The notes under the pieces: model-generated
Databases searched by the model: none
What the model saw: the letters and a program-made list of their open reading frames with translations, nothing else
Told to the model about the DNA's origin: nothing
Program-made: the position numbers and the translations under genes
Part shown: in pieces, positions 12,304 to 25,039 of the stretch
Layout of the letters: each line of letters starts with the position of its first letter
Numbering within the stretch: position 1 is the stretch's first letter
Source of the DNA: Adineta vaga
Lineage: Eukaryota; Animalia; Rotifera
Assembly: GCA_021613535.1 (NCBI GenBank)
Contig: CP075496.1
Coordinates: 10,726,001-10,790,000, forward strand
Length of the DNA: 64,000 bases
Reading direction: 5' to 3'

Positions 12304-13715
12304 CTATGTATTAACGAAAAAACAGAAATATAAAAAGAAAACAGAACGAAAGAGAAAAAAACGAGAGAGTTTATACGACATCTAAATGTATATATGCATA
12401 ACAGCAATGTTACTAACATTGTTTCATTTACGTATTTTTGTGTACGAATAAAATTGGCATATACTGGATAAAGAAAAGTTTGACGTCAATTCAATTCAAA
12501 TACAAGAGAGAATCTCACGTTACAAGATGAATTATTTTTTCTTTATGAATAAAACAAAATGACGATGATGAATAATCTTAACATATGGCAGAAATTTGTC
12601 ACGAAGAAAAACAACAAATCATATGTATGGTATTTATTCTAGACAAATTATTTAACGGAGTTTTCTTGAAAAAAGTTCATGACTCAACTACATTGCCGAA
12701 TTCTCTTTAAATGAGATATAAAAAAAAAGTGGCATACTTTGTAAATGAATGTCATTTTTAATGTTCTTTACTCAAGTATTCTATCATGCCTAGTAACCAG
12801 AATGTACTATTTTCTTTTCTCAAAAACAATTCTTATATTATTTGGTTTTGACGTCGTTTTATTTTCTACTGTCAAGTTGATATAAGAGAATTACAAACGT
12901 ATGGTTGTATGTCATTCTTTCAAATTAAATTAAATATTTACCGCTTTTAGTTCCCACTTCAATCGATAAAACTTTTCTAACATAAAATAATCAGACATAA
13001 ACAATAAAGTAATTATTCTTCTCTAGATTTTTGCGCGGATTTATAGAAATCGTATTTGAAAGATTAGAAGCTCTCAATCTCAAATCGTACCTTTTCCTTA
13101 TCAACTGGTATTTGCAAGAAAAAGAAAAACAAGTTAACAATTTTTTTCGTTCTTTCGCAAGAGAATTTTCTACGACACGTTGTCGGTTTCTAAGGCAAGA
13201 AAAAAAAATCTAAAGTTGTTGGTGACATTTATATTATATTCAGCGACGCAGATACCGAACAAAGAAAAAAAGAATTTTTATGAGTGTTATCCTACCTGTT
13301 CTTGCGTCGACATTCGAAAATAATATGTGAAGTCTTGGAAAAGCTCATCTAAATGAAGAAGAATAAGTATTCGAATGAATTGCATTGAATATGATAAATA
13401 CTTGATAAGAATACCTAAGAAATATCTTTTGATTACTTTCAAATTCGAAGAGGCTCCTTTCTTTGTTCTGTTTTCCATATTTTCTATATTCATCAACCAA
13501 TCATCAGTGAAGTTTTCTTTAAAAAATAAAAATAAATTTTCTTTGAAGTTTTGATGAAAATAGAACGTCAGAATCTGTTTCCTTAAATTTATATTCGAGA
13601 AAAATTATACTAGATGTCGCCATGTACTTTCTCTATTTGACCGGCACGAACAAAGAGCCACAAGGAACGAATGCTTTGATTCACGTTCATTTATTCATTC
13701 ATTCAATCGATCAAC

Positions 13716-16173
13716 ATGTCATCGATGATTTCTTTTTCATTAAATATTAATATTCAAAGTACTCATGCTCATCAGATTCGACCTGTACTTCCGAAAATTT
13801 CGATAGCTAGTGATATTAAACAAACGATAACAATGAATAAAATATCTTCATCAGCATCGAAGAAATATTTGAATAACAAAGGTTATCAACGGTTAGAAAC
13901 AAAACAATGCTTCTTACCATTAACTCCAACGATTGTTAAAATACCTTCACCAATTAATATTGATATTCAATCTAAACTTGGTATTTTAATGAAATATATT
14001 TCAATAGAAGAGTATCTTTTGTCTGTTTAGAATCGATTATTTTAAAAACGGTTGACTGTGAAATGATTGATCTATTTAATCAAATGGTAAAGATAAAAAC
14101 ATCACTTCATGTTCATTTCTTTTTTTTATTTAGAAATCGAAACCAACAACAACTGCTTTCAATGATAATTTAGCAACTATTTTAGCAAAACTTCTACCTA
14201 GTGAACATAAATATTTCTTTGGTAGTATTGTAATTACGGATAAAATCGATTCATTATCAGATGATGCAAATAATTCTATGTCTCAGGTATGCAGAAGTAT
14301 CACTAAGATTCATAGTGAAAAATCACTTTCAGTATACTTTCTTATTATTCAATGATCATATATGAATTATGTTAAAGTAATTATGTACGATGAAATCTTT
14401 TTCTTCAGGAACGTCGTATTGTTATGGATCAATTACGTACACTTGAGTTTGTACAACTTCAAGCATTTGCACGAGTTCTACAACAACAAAATAAAAAGTA
14501 TGTCGATTGAATTGTCATTTCTTTTATTCTCAAATATGTTTATTGTAGATCTCAAACAACGATTGATAAAATACGGCAACAAAATAATCGAATGCCACCC
14601 GCTCAGTTACTTGCTGAATCAATAAAAGTAAGAGTTTTTGTTGAACTATATACATATATATATATATATGAAAACTTTCTTTTGATATTTAGAAACAATC
14701 ATTGGATAAAATAACATTTTCTCTTGTTATAGAACGTGTATTAAGCAAAGTTGATCATCTTTTATCAACTGTACGTGATGAATGTTATATGTCAGCTGTT
14801 AGTAATGTTCAATCATTGGTACAAAAAGATTTTGGTACAACTACAATGATGACAAAGATTGATCAAGAACTTGCTCGATTACGTAATAAAGTCAATCATT
14901 TAACAATAGGTATTAATAGATTTAAGAATATCTACTATGCAATCAATGCTTTTTGTTTTCTAGTTAATGAAAAATATAGTCAAATAATAACTCGATTAAT
15001 ACAGTAAGTAATCGAATGTATGTAATATTAGAATAAGTATTTATCATTTTTATAGAGATACACAACATGTTCATGATGTAGCACAACATGATGGAAAAGA
15101 AGCACATAATATGCGATTATTTATTCAATCATTACATGATACGGCATATGAACATCGACTTGAGTAAGTTCTTAATTCTAATTGAATTGAATAGATAATT
15201 TCAGGAGAGTATGATAATATACGTGATATTGATTCATAGGAGAGAAAAGATTATTGTTAGCTATGAACTTATTATTTATTTTAGTCAAAGCGAATGTAAG
15301 ATAATAAAACGATCCATCAATCAACTCGAACTTGGATTATTTGACAATCTTATTCGTATTCAAATCGATGGTAAAGCAATTGGTCGTGTTATAACTTGGT
15401 CCAACATATCCGATGCTAATGATGATACAATTGAATGTAAAATTATCTATTCTACTGAAGGTAAAATAACATAATAGATCTTTCAATTTTCTTTTAAACT
15501 TTCTTTTCTTACTAGAAAATCTAAATCCAAGTCAACAATTAGCATATGAATTACTTAAAAACGAAATTAATACATATTGGAATCGTCCATCGACAAGTAC
15601 AATATCCATGACATATCTTGTCGAATTTGTACGTAAATTAATTGAATATTCACTTATTGCAAATAATTTATCGCGAACATTGATCGTTTGTCTCGAAACA
15701 TTACCTTGTAAATTAAGTGATAATAAGTATGTCTGTTCAATATATTATTTCTTAGCTAGATGTTTAATGATATTTTAGATTTACTATTGATTGGTCAACT
15801 TCACATATACGATTAGATATTGAATGGGAACTTGATGAACGAATATTTCGAGATTGTCCATTGAAATCTTCATACTGTTGTCAACCACAACATAATGGAT
15901 TGTATGATTGATTATTTGAGGATAGATTTTTTTTCATTGTCACGTTTTTTTTTGTATTTATTTAGATGTAATGATCTTCAAATTCTTCTTGATCGAATGA
16001 AACCTATCAATGGTTCAATTGCAAGTCTTTATGATCAAGTAGAAAAACACGTACGACCATGGATCAAAATTCTAGATGGTAATCAAGATGAAAATGTTGA
16101 GAAAATTCAAGGACAAATATCATTACAAAAATTGAAACATTCATTAGAAAAATTATTGCTTGAACATAATTAA
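13716..16173 (+). CDS. KNL1/Spc7-like kinetochore protein: coiled-coil plus tandem RWD-like C-terminus, about 580-600 aa, ~12 exons
   Basis: A multi-exon model keeps frame through canonical GT-AG introns. C-terminal blocks line up by eye with recalled KNL1 RWD segments (CKIIKRSINQLELGLFDNLIRIQID; NPSQQLAYELLKNEI; FTIDWSTSH..FRDCPL; NDLQILLDRMKPINGSIASLYDQV). Confidence in the gene is high; confidence in the family is moderate. Confidence 0.55.
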
Positions 16174-16305
16174 TTAAAATGTCAAATATTTTATTATAGA
16201 AAACAAAATGTATCTATTGAATTGTATTAAATCTTCTTGTATGTTCTATTGTTTGCATAAATAATCTCAATAAAATAAATATTTTTCGAAGAAATTTCAA
16301 GCACT

Positions 16306-16442
16306 CAAGATTTGTAGAAAACGCCAAAAGACAAACGTAAATTTCATAAAACATGGATGTGTTTTGCTCAAAATCAAGCTTCTCGATTTTCAATGTTCCA
16401 CGTTTATTTTGCTAACTCTTTGTGCGTTTTCTACAAATCTTG
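16306..16442. mobile_element. Small non-coding inverted-repeat element (MITE-like)
   Basis: caagatttgtagaaaacgc (16306-16324) is the exact reverse complement of gcgttttctacaaatcttg (16424-16442). Imperfect symmetry extends on both sides. No ORF and no clear target-site duplication. Confidence 0.55.
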
Positions 16443-16968
16443 TCTTCTTGGAATGAGTAGAAACTATACACTATACCATATGTCATGCAGAATAAGGATC
16501 AACTATTTATAACATATGTCCTCAGATAAAAGTCATTTCCTCCGGTATCACAATGACGTCAATTTCGTTAACTGAATTACAAATAGTTATCTAGATCAGT
16601 AGTTTTACATTTCCTTTTCAATGTTGTCCTTCAACCAACAGAATTATAAAAAAAACATGATATTTATTCGCAAATGTAATTACTTGATCACATTTTGCAA
16701 TAATGAACTATTGATTAACTTATCATTTAAGCTGAAAAAGATAATGTGTGAGTCGTCTTGATTAATAAGACTCAACGATGAACGTTACACCATTATGGAT
16801 GAATCCAATCTTTGAAAAGTGCGATGCCTTCCTTCATACAATGTCTTACTCAGCACTTACGAATATTATTTTATAAAAAAACTCCTTTATTTGATGTTCC
16901 TCATCATTTGTGGTCATTTATGCAAAACATTTTCAATTTTCTAATGAAAAAGGAAAAGAAATCATCCA

Positions 16969-18208
16969 TTACAATGAAGTGATGTCTAGATCTTTTTGTA
17001 CAATAGCACACCAGTTGCCATGATCATAATAGGATTTGACTATTCTCGATCCGATGATAGTTTTTGCTGCTTCTTCAATAAGCATTTCTAATTCTCCATG
17101 TTTGAATACATGATAAAAACGTTTATTATATGGATTGGTATTCAATGATTCATTTTGACATGAACTCATTGGAAATGGACGAATACGAAATGTTGAGAGA
17201 TCTTGATGAGATAATATTGGTGTGGACGGAGTTGATATTGATGGTTTAATAATTCGTTGAAATAAATTTTGTACTGAGGTAAGAATTGATGATGTTGTTC
17301 TTCTTTCTGATAAATCATGTTTATTACTAAGTAAAGAATTTTCATCCATAGAATATGGTATAGTCGATAGAGAATTTGTATCTGGAATAATATCTAATAT
17401 CATATGAATAAGATGATAAGAAATTTATTAGTTACGATCTATGTACCTGAACGTGCTTGGTGATTAACACATGGAATTAGAACATCTTGACTAGAAAACT
17501 AGAAAAGTAAGAATGCTCTAAAAAGCATTTATGATTCTATTGAAATGATTTACTATGCGATGTTTTTGTTCCAATGCATAAGTATATATCAGCAATTGAC
17601 CACCATTTGGACTTAAGATTCGTAAACATTCTAAAACAAATATTCATGGAACATAAAAAATAACAATTGTTAGATAACTAAAAATAAACCTTGAATAGCT
17701 TGTACACGTCGTTTATGTGTTGCTAAATGATGAATAACTCCAATAGAAAGTATAGCATCGAATAAATTGTCTCGATATGGTAAATGAAGATTATCTGCAA
17801 TTACAATTGGTATTTGAACATATTTTTCTCGAGCCATTTCACAGATTTGTTCACTACGGTCACAACCAATTGTAAATAAATCGGATTTAAGTTTTACATA
17901 TTTTCCATTTCCGCAACCTTGAATAATAGAATAAAGAGAATAATTAAGTCTATTAGAGAAAATATTTCAACAGACCAACATCAGCAACTAATGCATTTCT
18001 ATGTTGTAATTCTATTCGATTGAGAAATTTTCGAACTTTTGGCCAGACTGTTGTATCTTGTGTCAATGTTGTTGAACCAAGTCTATTATAAACATCATGT
18101 CTAAATAGAAAAACATTGATTAAAATTTGACAGAAATAATATAAGAAATGATATGTACACATAAATCTGTTCTAAAACACCAGTCTTTGATCTATTTTTG
18201 TCATCCAT
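16969..18208 (-). CDS. TRMT9B: Trm9/ALKBH8-type SAM-dependent tRNA methyltransferase, TRMT9B (KIAA1456)-like, multi-exon
   Basis: Motifs LEQIYVHDVYNRL..WPKVRKFL, VADVGCGNGKY (SAM motif I), ADNLHLPYRDNLFDAILSIGVIHHLATHKRRVQAIQECLRIL, SSQDVLIP, a low-complexity insert, then KRFYHVFKHGELEML..SYYDHGNWCAIVQK. No AlkB or RRM domain. Confidence 0.8.
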
Positions 18209-20195
18209 ATTTGTTCTTGAAATGATTCTGAAAAAAAATAAATAATAAATTCCATACAATTAAAAGAATAATATGTTTAAACAGGCAGAAAGACGGCTTA
18301 GACAACGTATGCTCATGTATGGTTAGAAATAGCAGAGAAGGAAGAAAAAAGAATGAATGAATGAATGAGAAAAAACATGAGCATAAGTAACTCGTTTTGT
18401 GAATGGATGAATGTCTTCTATGTGTTACCATTTAAATTCGACATGTCATAGACATAGAAAAAAAAACGTTAACAAACAATTGTTATCTACTTTCCTGAAC
18501 AATAGGCTATATTGACTATAGAATAAAATTCTATACTTTTTTCTTTGACAGGATTTTTATGAACCCCTCGAGAGTCAGGTAATTGTCGTAAAGTACTATA
18601 TGTAAGCAGAATAATAATAATAACAACATGTTAGAGCGACCAAGAAGAAACAGAACAACCAAGCGAAAGATTCTTGATTGTGCACCATATGATGATGATT
18701 ATGTTACTACTACTATTCGAGGTCAAACAAGCGTAAGATAGGAATATTTATGACGAAAAAGAAAAATTAAATTACAAAACTACCGATTGGAAAATCAAAA
18801 GAATGTCAAATAAACAAAGAAATGAAAGAGCATGTTACTTATAAAGAATTCTATCTGTTAAAAACAATCTTTTTTTTCCTCACATCAGTATTCATTATAA
18901 CATGTATTGAAGACATACCGGAAAGAAATTCTCGGGAGATTTTTCTTCCACAACAAAGAGCTTGTTTCTTTCATACTTGAAATTTGAGAACCCTGGATAG
19001 AAACAAAAAGAGAACTTGCTCTTCTTTTCTCTCTTAGGCTTTAAATTTCAATTATCCTCATTGACGAGTTTTTTTTTATATAATTTATTTAACACACTAT
19101 CGTTTTCTTCTTCTTCTTTTTATCAAATTTTCTGTTTTAATAAAAATGCGCTCAGCTCAACCGAGTTTCCTTTTCTACTATACCTCATGTTACCTTGCTC
19201 CTTGTTTTTTGCCTATGAATGAGAGAAGATGTTAAATAATATAATATAATACTAATTTAAAAAAATGTGTCACACGTTCTCAAGTATGATATTGACCGTT
19301 ACGTTTTATGTGTTTCTAATCATTGTCAATTATTTTATCATTTCCGAAGGAAAACTCCTTGAAGAAAAACATGTTATTTCAGTGTGGTAAGTCATGAAAT
19401 AGTTCATAATTGAGATATATATATATAAACACGACTTACAGTATAGTAGATGTTTAATATGAAAATAAGAGACTCATTAAATTATTAATTATATTGCAGG
19501 TTGTAGATACATGACTAACTTATGAATGTTCGAGGAAAAAATTGAGTACGAGGAAAGCAAAGGAAAGAATTTCCAATGCTCGATTTATTTGTCTGTAATA
19601 ATCCAATCAAAAAATTTCTACAGAAAATATAAACAACAAATCCAATTGATAAGATTGAGTACTCTTCTTCTCGATCGTTCAGTTCTCTTAATCAATTTTC
19701 TAACTCTCAATTTGTCTTATTCTCGCCGGAAATAATCTGAATAAACTTTTCAAAATCCATTTCCATGTTTTCTTCTATTCTGATTTATCAATGATATTCA
19801 TTCCAATTGATCATACTCAAGTGTCGAATCTTCTGACTATTTTCATCAATATTCATGATCAAAGAAACGACGTTAATCTTATTCTTTACAATTCTAGTCA
19901 TGAAATTTTTACCAATACAATCGTATTCTATCATCAACTATTACATTTTTATTTGATTAATCATGTACCATATATAAAAGAAATGAATGAACGAAATATT
20001 TCGATTAAACAATATCTAATTTAGCAGATCAGACAATAAAGAAAACACAATGATTACATAGAGTGCTTATTAAAAAAAGCAAAATTCCTGCAGTAGAAAA
20101 ACCTGGAATGTATAAAAAAAAAGAGAAGATAACGAATAAGAAATACAGATCTGTACAAAAATTCAAGAGATTCTTTGCTTTATTAGACTTTAAAT

Positions 20196-21052
20196 TTATG
20201 CGTATTGATGGAGATGAGTTTTGCTTCCACCATTCGATGATAATCCACGTTCTGATGATGGACGACTTTGATACATCGGTAATGGAGGAAATTTTAATGT
20301 TGAACGATTTTCTAATTCTTCATGAGCTCGTTCATAATCGTACATGTCATGTAAATATCTGTGAAAATATACGATTGATGTTTTGTAAAACGAAATTATG
20401 TTTCTTTTTCTTTTTTGCTTACTTATTTGATCCTTGATAACCAGCCACCATTGCAGTAAGTAAATGAAGGATACAACTTACAATTGCTATTTGAAAACTC
20501 CAACCAAACCAATTAAATTGCCAATTCATCATCCAATCACGTCGTTTACCATCGATACCAAAGAGAATAACAGTTGCTAACATTAATACTCCTGCAAGAC
20601 CATGTAATATAGCTGCAGTAAGAACTCTTTTTGATGATTTAAAACCGTCAGCATTGCGTAAAACAAGTAATGCAGCAATAACCGCAAAAAACGACGTAAT
20701 TAACGAAAGTGTTGATAAAGTTTGTACCCAACGAAGCCAATTATTCGTAATCCATGAACGTAAAAGACGAATTTCAGGTGAGAAAAGCCTACAAATATAT
20801 ACTTCATTACAAGAAACAATCGAATTCAATGACGTACCACCAACAACCATGATAAATTTTTCCATAATAATCAAAACGATGACGATACATATTGAAACAA
20901 ACTTGCCAGAGACCAGCTCTTATAAAAGTTTTTTCTCCGCCATCTTTTGCATTAACCCACCAACGATCACTACTATTTGCAGTTAAATTCAAAACAAATG
21001 CTGTAAATGATAAAACTTCCCAAATTATCGCTATAATAAAACCTCGTTTCAT
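20196..21052 (-). CDS. Invertebrate claudin / PMP22-claudin family septate-junction protein (kune-kune/sinuous/megatrachea-like), 3 coding exons
   Basis: W...GLWQVCF...GCWW|LFSPE signature, four TM helices, and DWMMNWQFNWFGWSFQIA. A terminal exon 20358-20196 (YLHDMYDYERAHEELE...HQYA*) is reached through GT-AG introns. Confidence 0.85.
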
Positions 21053-22840
21053 CCTTTTTTCTTTTGTTTATCTAAATACAAATAAGAATTCAATTCACTT
21101 TGTTTCAATCACGAAAACATACTATAGTGATTAGAGAATAAAAATTAGAATGCAAAAGTATTACTAATAGTATTTAGTTATAGACAAATCGATAACAATG
21201 TATAACTATGTATGAACGAATTCTTGACATACATACATTAAGTTAAGTTGAAATATAAATAAATAAAAAAAGAACAACAGGTATGAACGAATTGTAGTCA
21301 CTATCGAAAGAGGGCGTTAGAATTTGTTCATTCATTATCAATAGTCTTTCGATCAATATCGTGTATATGTTTTTTTAATAATTCAATGTCTCTTGATCAT
21401 ACACAGTATATTCAATTGGAAATGACGTATATAATATTTGAGCAGAAATCCGAAGCATAACATCAGAGAAATCGATTTTATTTTGTTTTGTTTATGTTGG
21501 TATTGACAGATGTTTCTTTGTGGTGGTTGAACGATCACATTATCATTTCGTTTATATTTCAACACACTTTTTGATCGTAAAGAACATAAGTCAAGTTGTT
21601 CTGAGAAATGCACTGAATATTTAATAAAAAGTCTGTTTTTGATCAAATTGTATAAGAATGTGTTGATGTTAATCAGACTATCTGAAATGATCATATACTA
21701 TCACATATTGATATGAAATTATAAAAAAAACCTTGAAAAAAAAAGTCATTCTTATCTTCTCATTCATAAAGAAGTTAATCAAGACATTGTAATGATCGTA
21801 GTTTAGGGCAATCTATTCTTTCCTAATATATCTTTCAAGATATATCACATACATGTTAAGGTGACAAATAAATGTAAAATATAGAGAATAAGTGAATAAC
21901 TATCTAAAATGATTTTTTTTTCTATCATTTATTAGTGTTAACGGAAAATCTTCATATATGTATCTTAGGCATTTAAATGCATGTAATAAGCGAAAATAAT
22001 ATTTAGATGAATTTACTATAATCCACAAATTAATAACCGATACTCACTGTTTACTCTATAATTATATCTGTCTACTGATTAAAAATCATAAGGAAGAAAA
22101 CCTCTTATTTTTCTAGTCTAATAGACTTGATTAATTTTATATTGAATATGAAAGAGAAACTAAACCTATCGAATCAATCAATTCACAAGACTGAAATACT
22201 TTCGTTTTCTCATTTTTTACTATAAAACAAATTTCCTTGATCTTCAAATAAGTCTAATGAGTAGCGTCATCTATATTGATTGATTTACATATGATATTTA
22301 CTAAAAATTCAAGAGAAAAAGTCAAAATCTTTCTTGAATTATTAAATTAATGACAAAATATATTGGTTGTACTGATTGATTCAATGGAAACCATTCTATT
22401 GGTAGAAGTAACCTACTTCAAATAATAAAAAATGAACAGTTTTTTCACCTAGAAATCAAGTTTGGTTTTCTAGGTCGATAATGTAATAAGGATATTTCTT
22501 TTATATAGTTGTTTTTTGCTTCTTAAAATGATGAGATATAATTAAGAAAGTTATATTCATTATCAATATATTTGTGAAACTACTGACTATGGATCGTTTT
22601 TCTCATCGTAAAATATATTTCTCTTATCTAAGCAGATGTGAATAAGAATCGACTAAAAAAAGAATCATCTTATCTAATGACACTTATTTTTATCTACTTC
22701 TACAATCAGAATAAACTAAAGTTAAGTCTATTTACGTACGATACCCGCTCTCTTTTCATTACTTACAAGTGTTCTCATATCAGATGTATATAATCAATGT
22801 ATTTAATATAACATTTCTCTGATGTTCTCTTTATTTGAAG

Positions 22841-24861
22841 ATGGAAGTGGATTCATCTATAAAAGAACGATTAACAAAAGCAAATCAAACACATTTACTT
22901 GATTATTGGTCAGAATTAACTGATGAACAACGAAAAATATTATTACACGATATAAATGAGATCGATTTTGATCGTGTAACAAAAGCTTATAATGGTATCA
23001 AAGATGAATTACTACCGAATAATGAAGTTCATAATCAAAATGATACTAATGAAAAGATAGTACAAGATAGTATTGATGATCTTATGGAACCAGTTCCTGA
23101 TAGTGTTACAGGTTCTATCAATGAAACATCGAAAGAAAAGTTGGAACATTACCGTCAACAGGGTTAACTTTTATTTCTATTTACTCAATAGTATTAAATT
23201 CAATTTCATATAGGTTTGAAAGCTATTTCTGAAGGTGCTGTATGTGTTCTATTACTTGCTGGTGGACAGGGAACTCGTCTAGGTATAATTCTTATCTTTT
23301 TTTAAATTAATCCAATATCTTTCTTTCAAAGGTGTTGATTATCCAAAAGGAATGTATGATGTTGGTTTACCATCGAAAAAAACATTGTATCAAATTCAAG
23401 CTGAACGCATCCGTCGTCTTGAACAATTGGCGAATGAAGAATTCAAAACGAATACATCAATTATTTCATGGTAAAAATAAACGAAATTCTATTCGTTTTA
23501 TTTATCCTAATCATTCAGGTTTATTATGACAAGTGAACATACTCAAGAACAAACGGAAAAATATCTTCATTCAAATAATTATTTTGGTCTAAGTCGAGAG
23601 AATATCATTCTTTTCGAACAACATATATTACCAGCATTGGATTTTCAAGGGAAAATTTTAATGGATGAGAAATATAGATTAACAAAAGCAGCTGATGGTA
23701 ATGGTGGTTTATATCGTGCATTAACATCAAATAAAATATTAAATGAAATGGAAAAACGTCATATTAAATATACTCACGTCTATTGTGTTGATAATATTCT
23801 TGTTCGTCTAGGTGATCCCATTTTCATTGGATTTTGTATAGAAAAAAATGCGGATTGTGCAGCAAAGGTAAGTTGTCTTATTTTATTTTTGTTAATTTCA
23901 CTAATCAACACATGAACTTTTTAATTTAGGTAGTGAAAAAAGCAGTTGCTAATGAAGCTGTTGGAGTTATATGTAAAGTTCGTGATCGTTATCAAGTTGT
24001 GGAATATTCTGAAATTTCACAGAAAACGGCTGAACGTACAAAATCAGAGAACAGTGGAGATTTATTATTTAACGCTGGTAATATTTGTAATCATTTTTTT
24101 ACAGTAAAATTTCTTCAAGATGTTTGCAAGTATGTATATAATTAAAGGAACAAATTTGTATATATTTCTTTGTATTTTTAGACATCATGACGATGAACTT
24201 CGATATCATATAGCTAAAAAGAAAATTCCATTTATTGGTAAAAATGGTAAACGTATTGATAAGCCAACGGATGTTAATGGAGTTAAATTAGAAAAATTTG
24301 TCTTTGATGTGTTTCCATTTTCGAAGTGAGAAAAGAAAATGATTTTGAAGAGTTTAATGATGTTTTGTTTTTTCTTTGGAAAATAGAACGTTTGCTGTTT
24401 GGGAAGTTCGTCGTGATGATGAATTTTCACCATTGAAAAATGGTTCAGGAACGAAAGATACAGCTGAAACATGTCGAAGAGACTTGATATTTCAACATAT
24501 TCGATATCTCAAAAAAGCTGGTGCTAAAATACAGTATGCTTTATTTGTGAAACTAACCATAGAATACAATTAAGAACGGTAACATATTTTCTTTCTAGAA
24601 AAGAAGCTGAAACGATATGTGAAATCTCACCTCTTGTTTCCTATTCTGGAGAGGTAAAATTTAACTTTTATTGAAATTTATTTCATGAATAATTTCTTTT
24701 CTTCTGTATAGAATCTTGATTTTATCAAAGGACAAACATTAAATTCACCAATTATTATCGATTCCAATAAACAAACACAGAAAGTAATTCGTTTGTTTAA
24801 TAGTCATATAAATATAAAATAATTTATTTCTTATTTTTAGCCTGAAATTAAAACATCTTAA
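22841..24861 (+). CDS. UAP1: UDP-N-acetylglucosamine/hexosamine pyrophosphorylase, multi-exon
   Basis: Motifs [97 protein letters not shown] and [12 protein letters not shown]. Ends PEIKTS*. Confidence 0.95.
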
Positions 24862-25039
24862 AATTCTTTTTAATTTAAATCGTGCAATAGCATATTACAC
24901 AATTCTTTCTTTTTTTGTTATTCAAACGATTTGTAATTCAATTCTTTTTTCTTAAAAAAAATTTAACGTTATAATAATAATTATTAAACTATGTAATAAA
25001 TATGAACGGATAGGTAATGATACATGATCACATTTGTTT

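Noticed and set aside
19500-20190. Short + strand ORFs between TRMT9B and the claudin
   Set aside because: They are low-complexity AT-rich translations with no motifs, most likely claudin 3' UTR or intergenic DNA.
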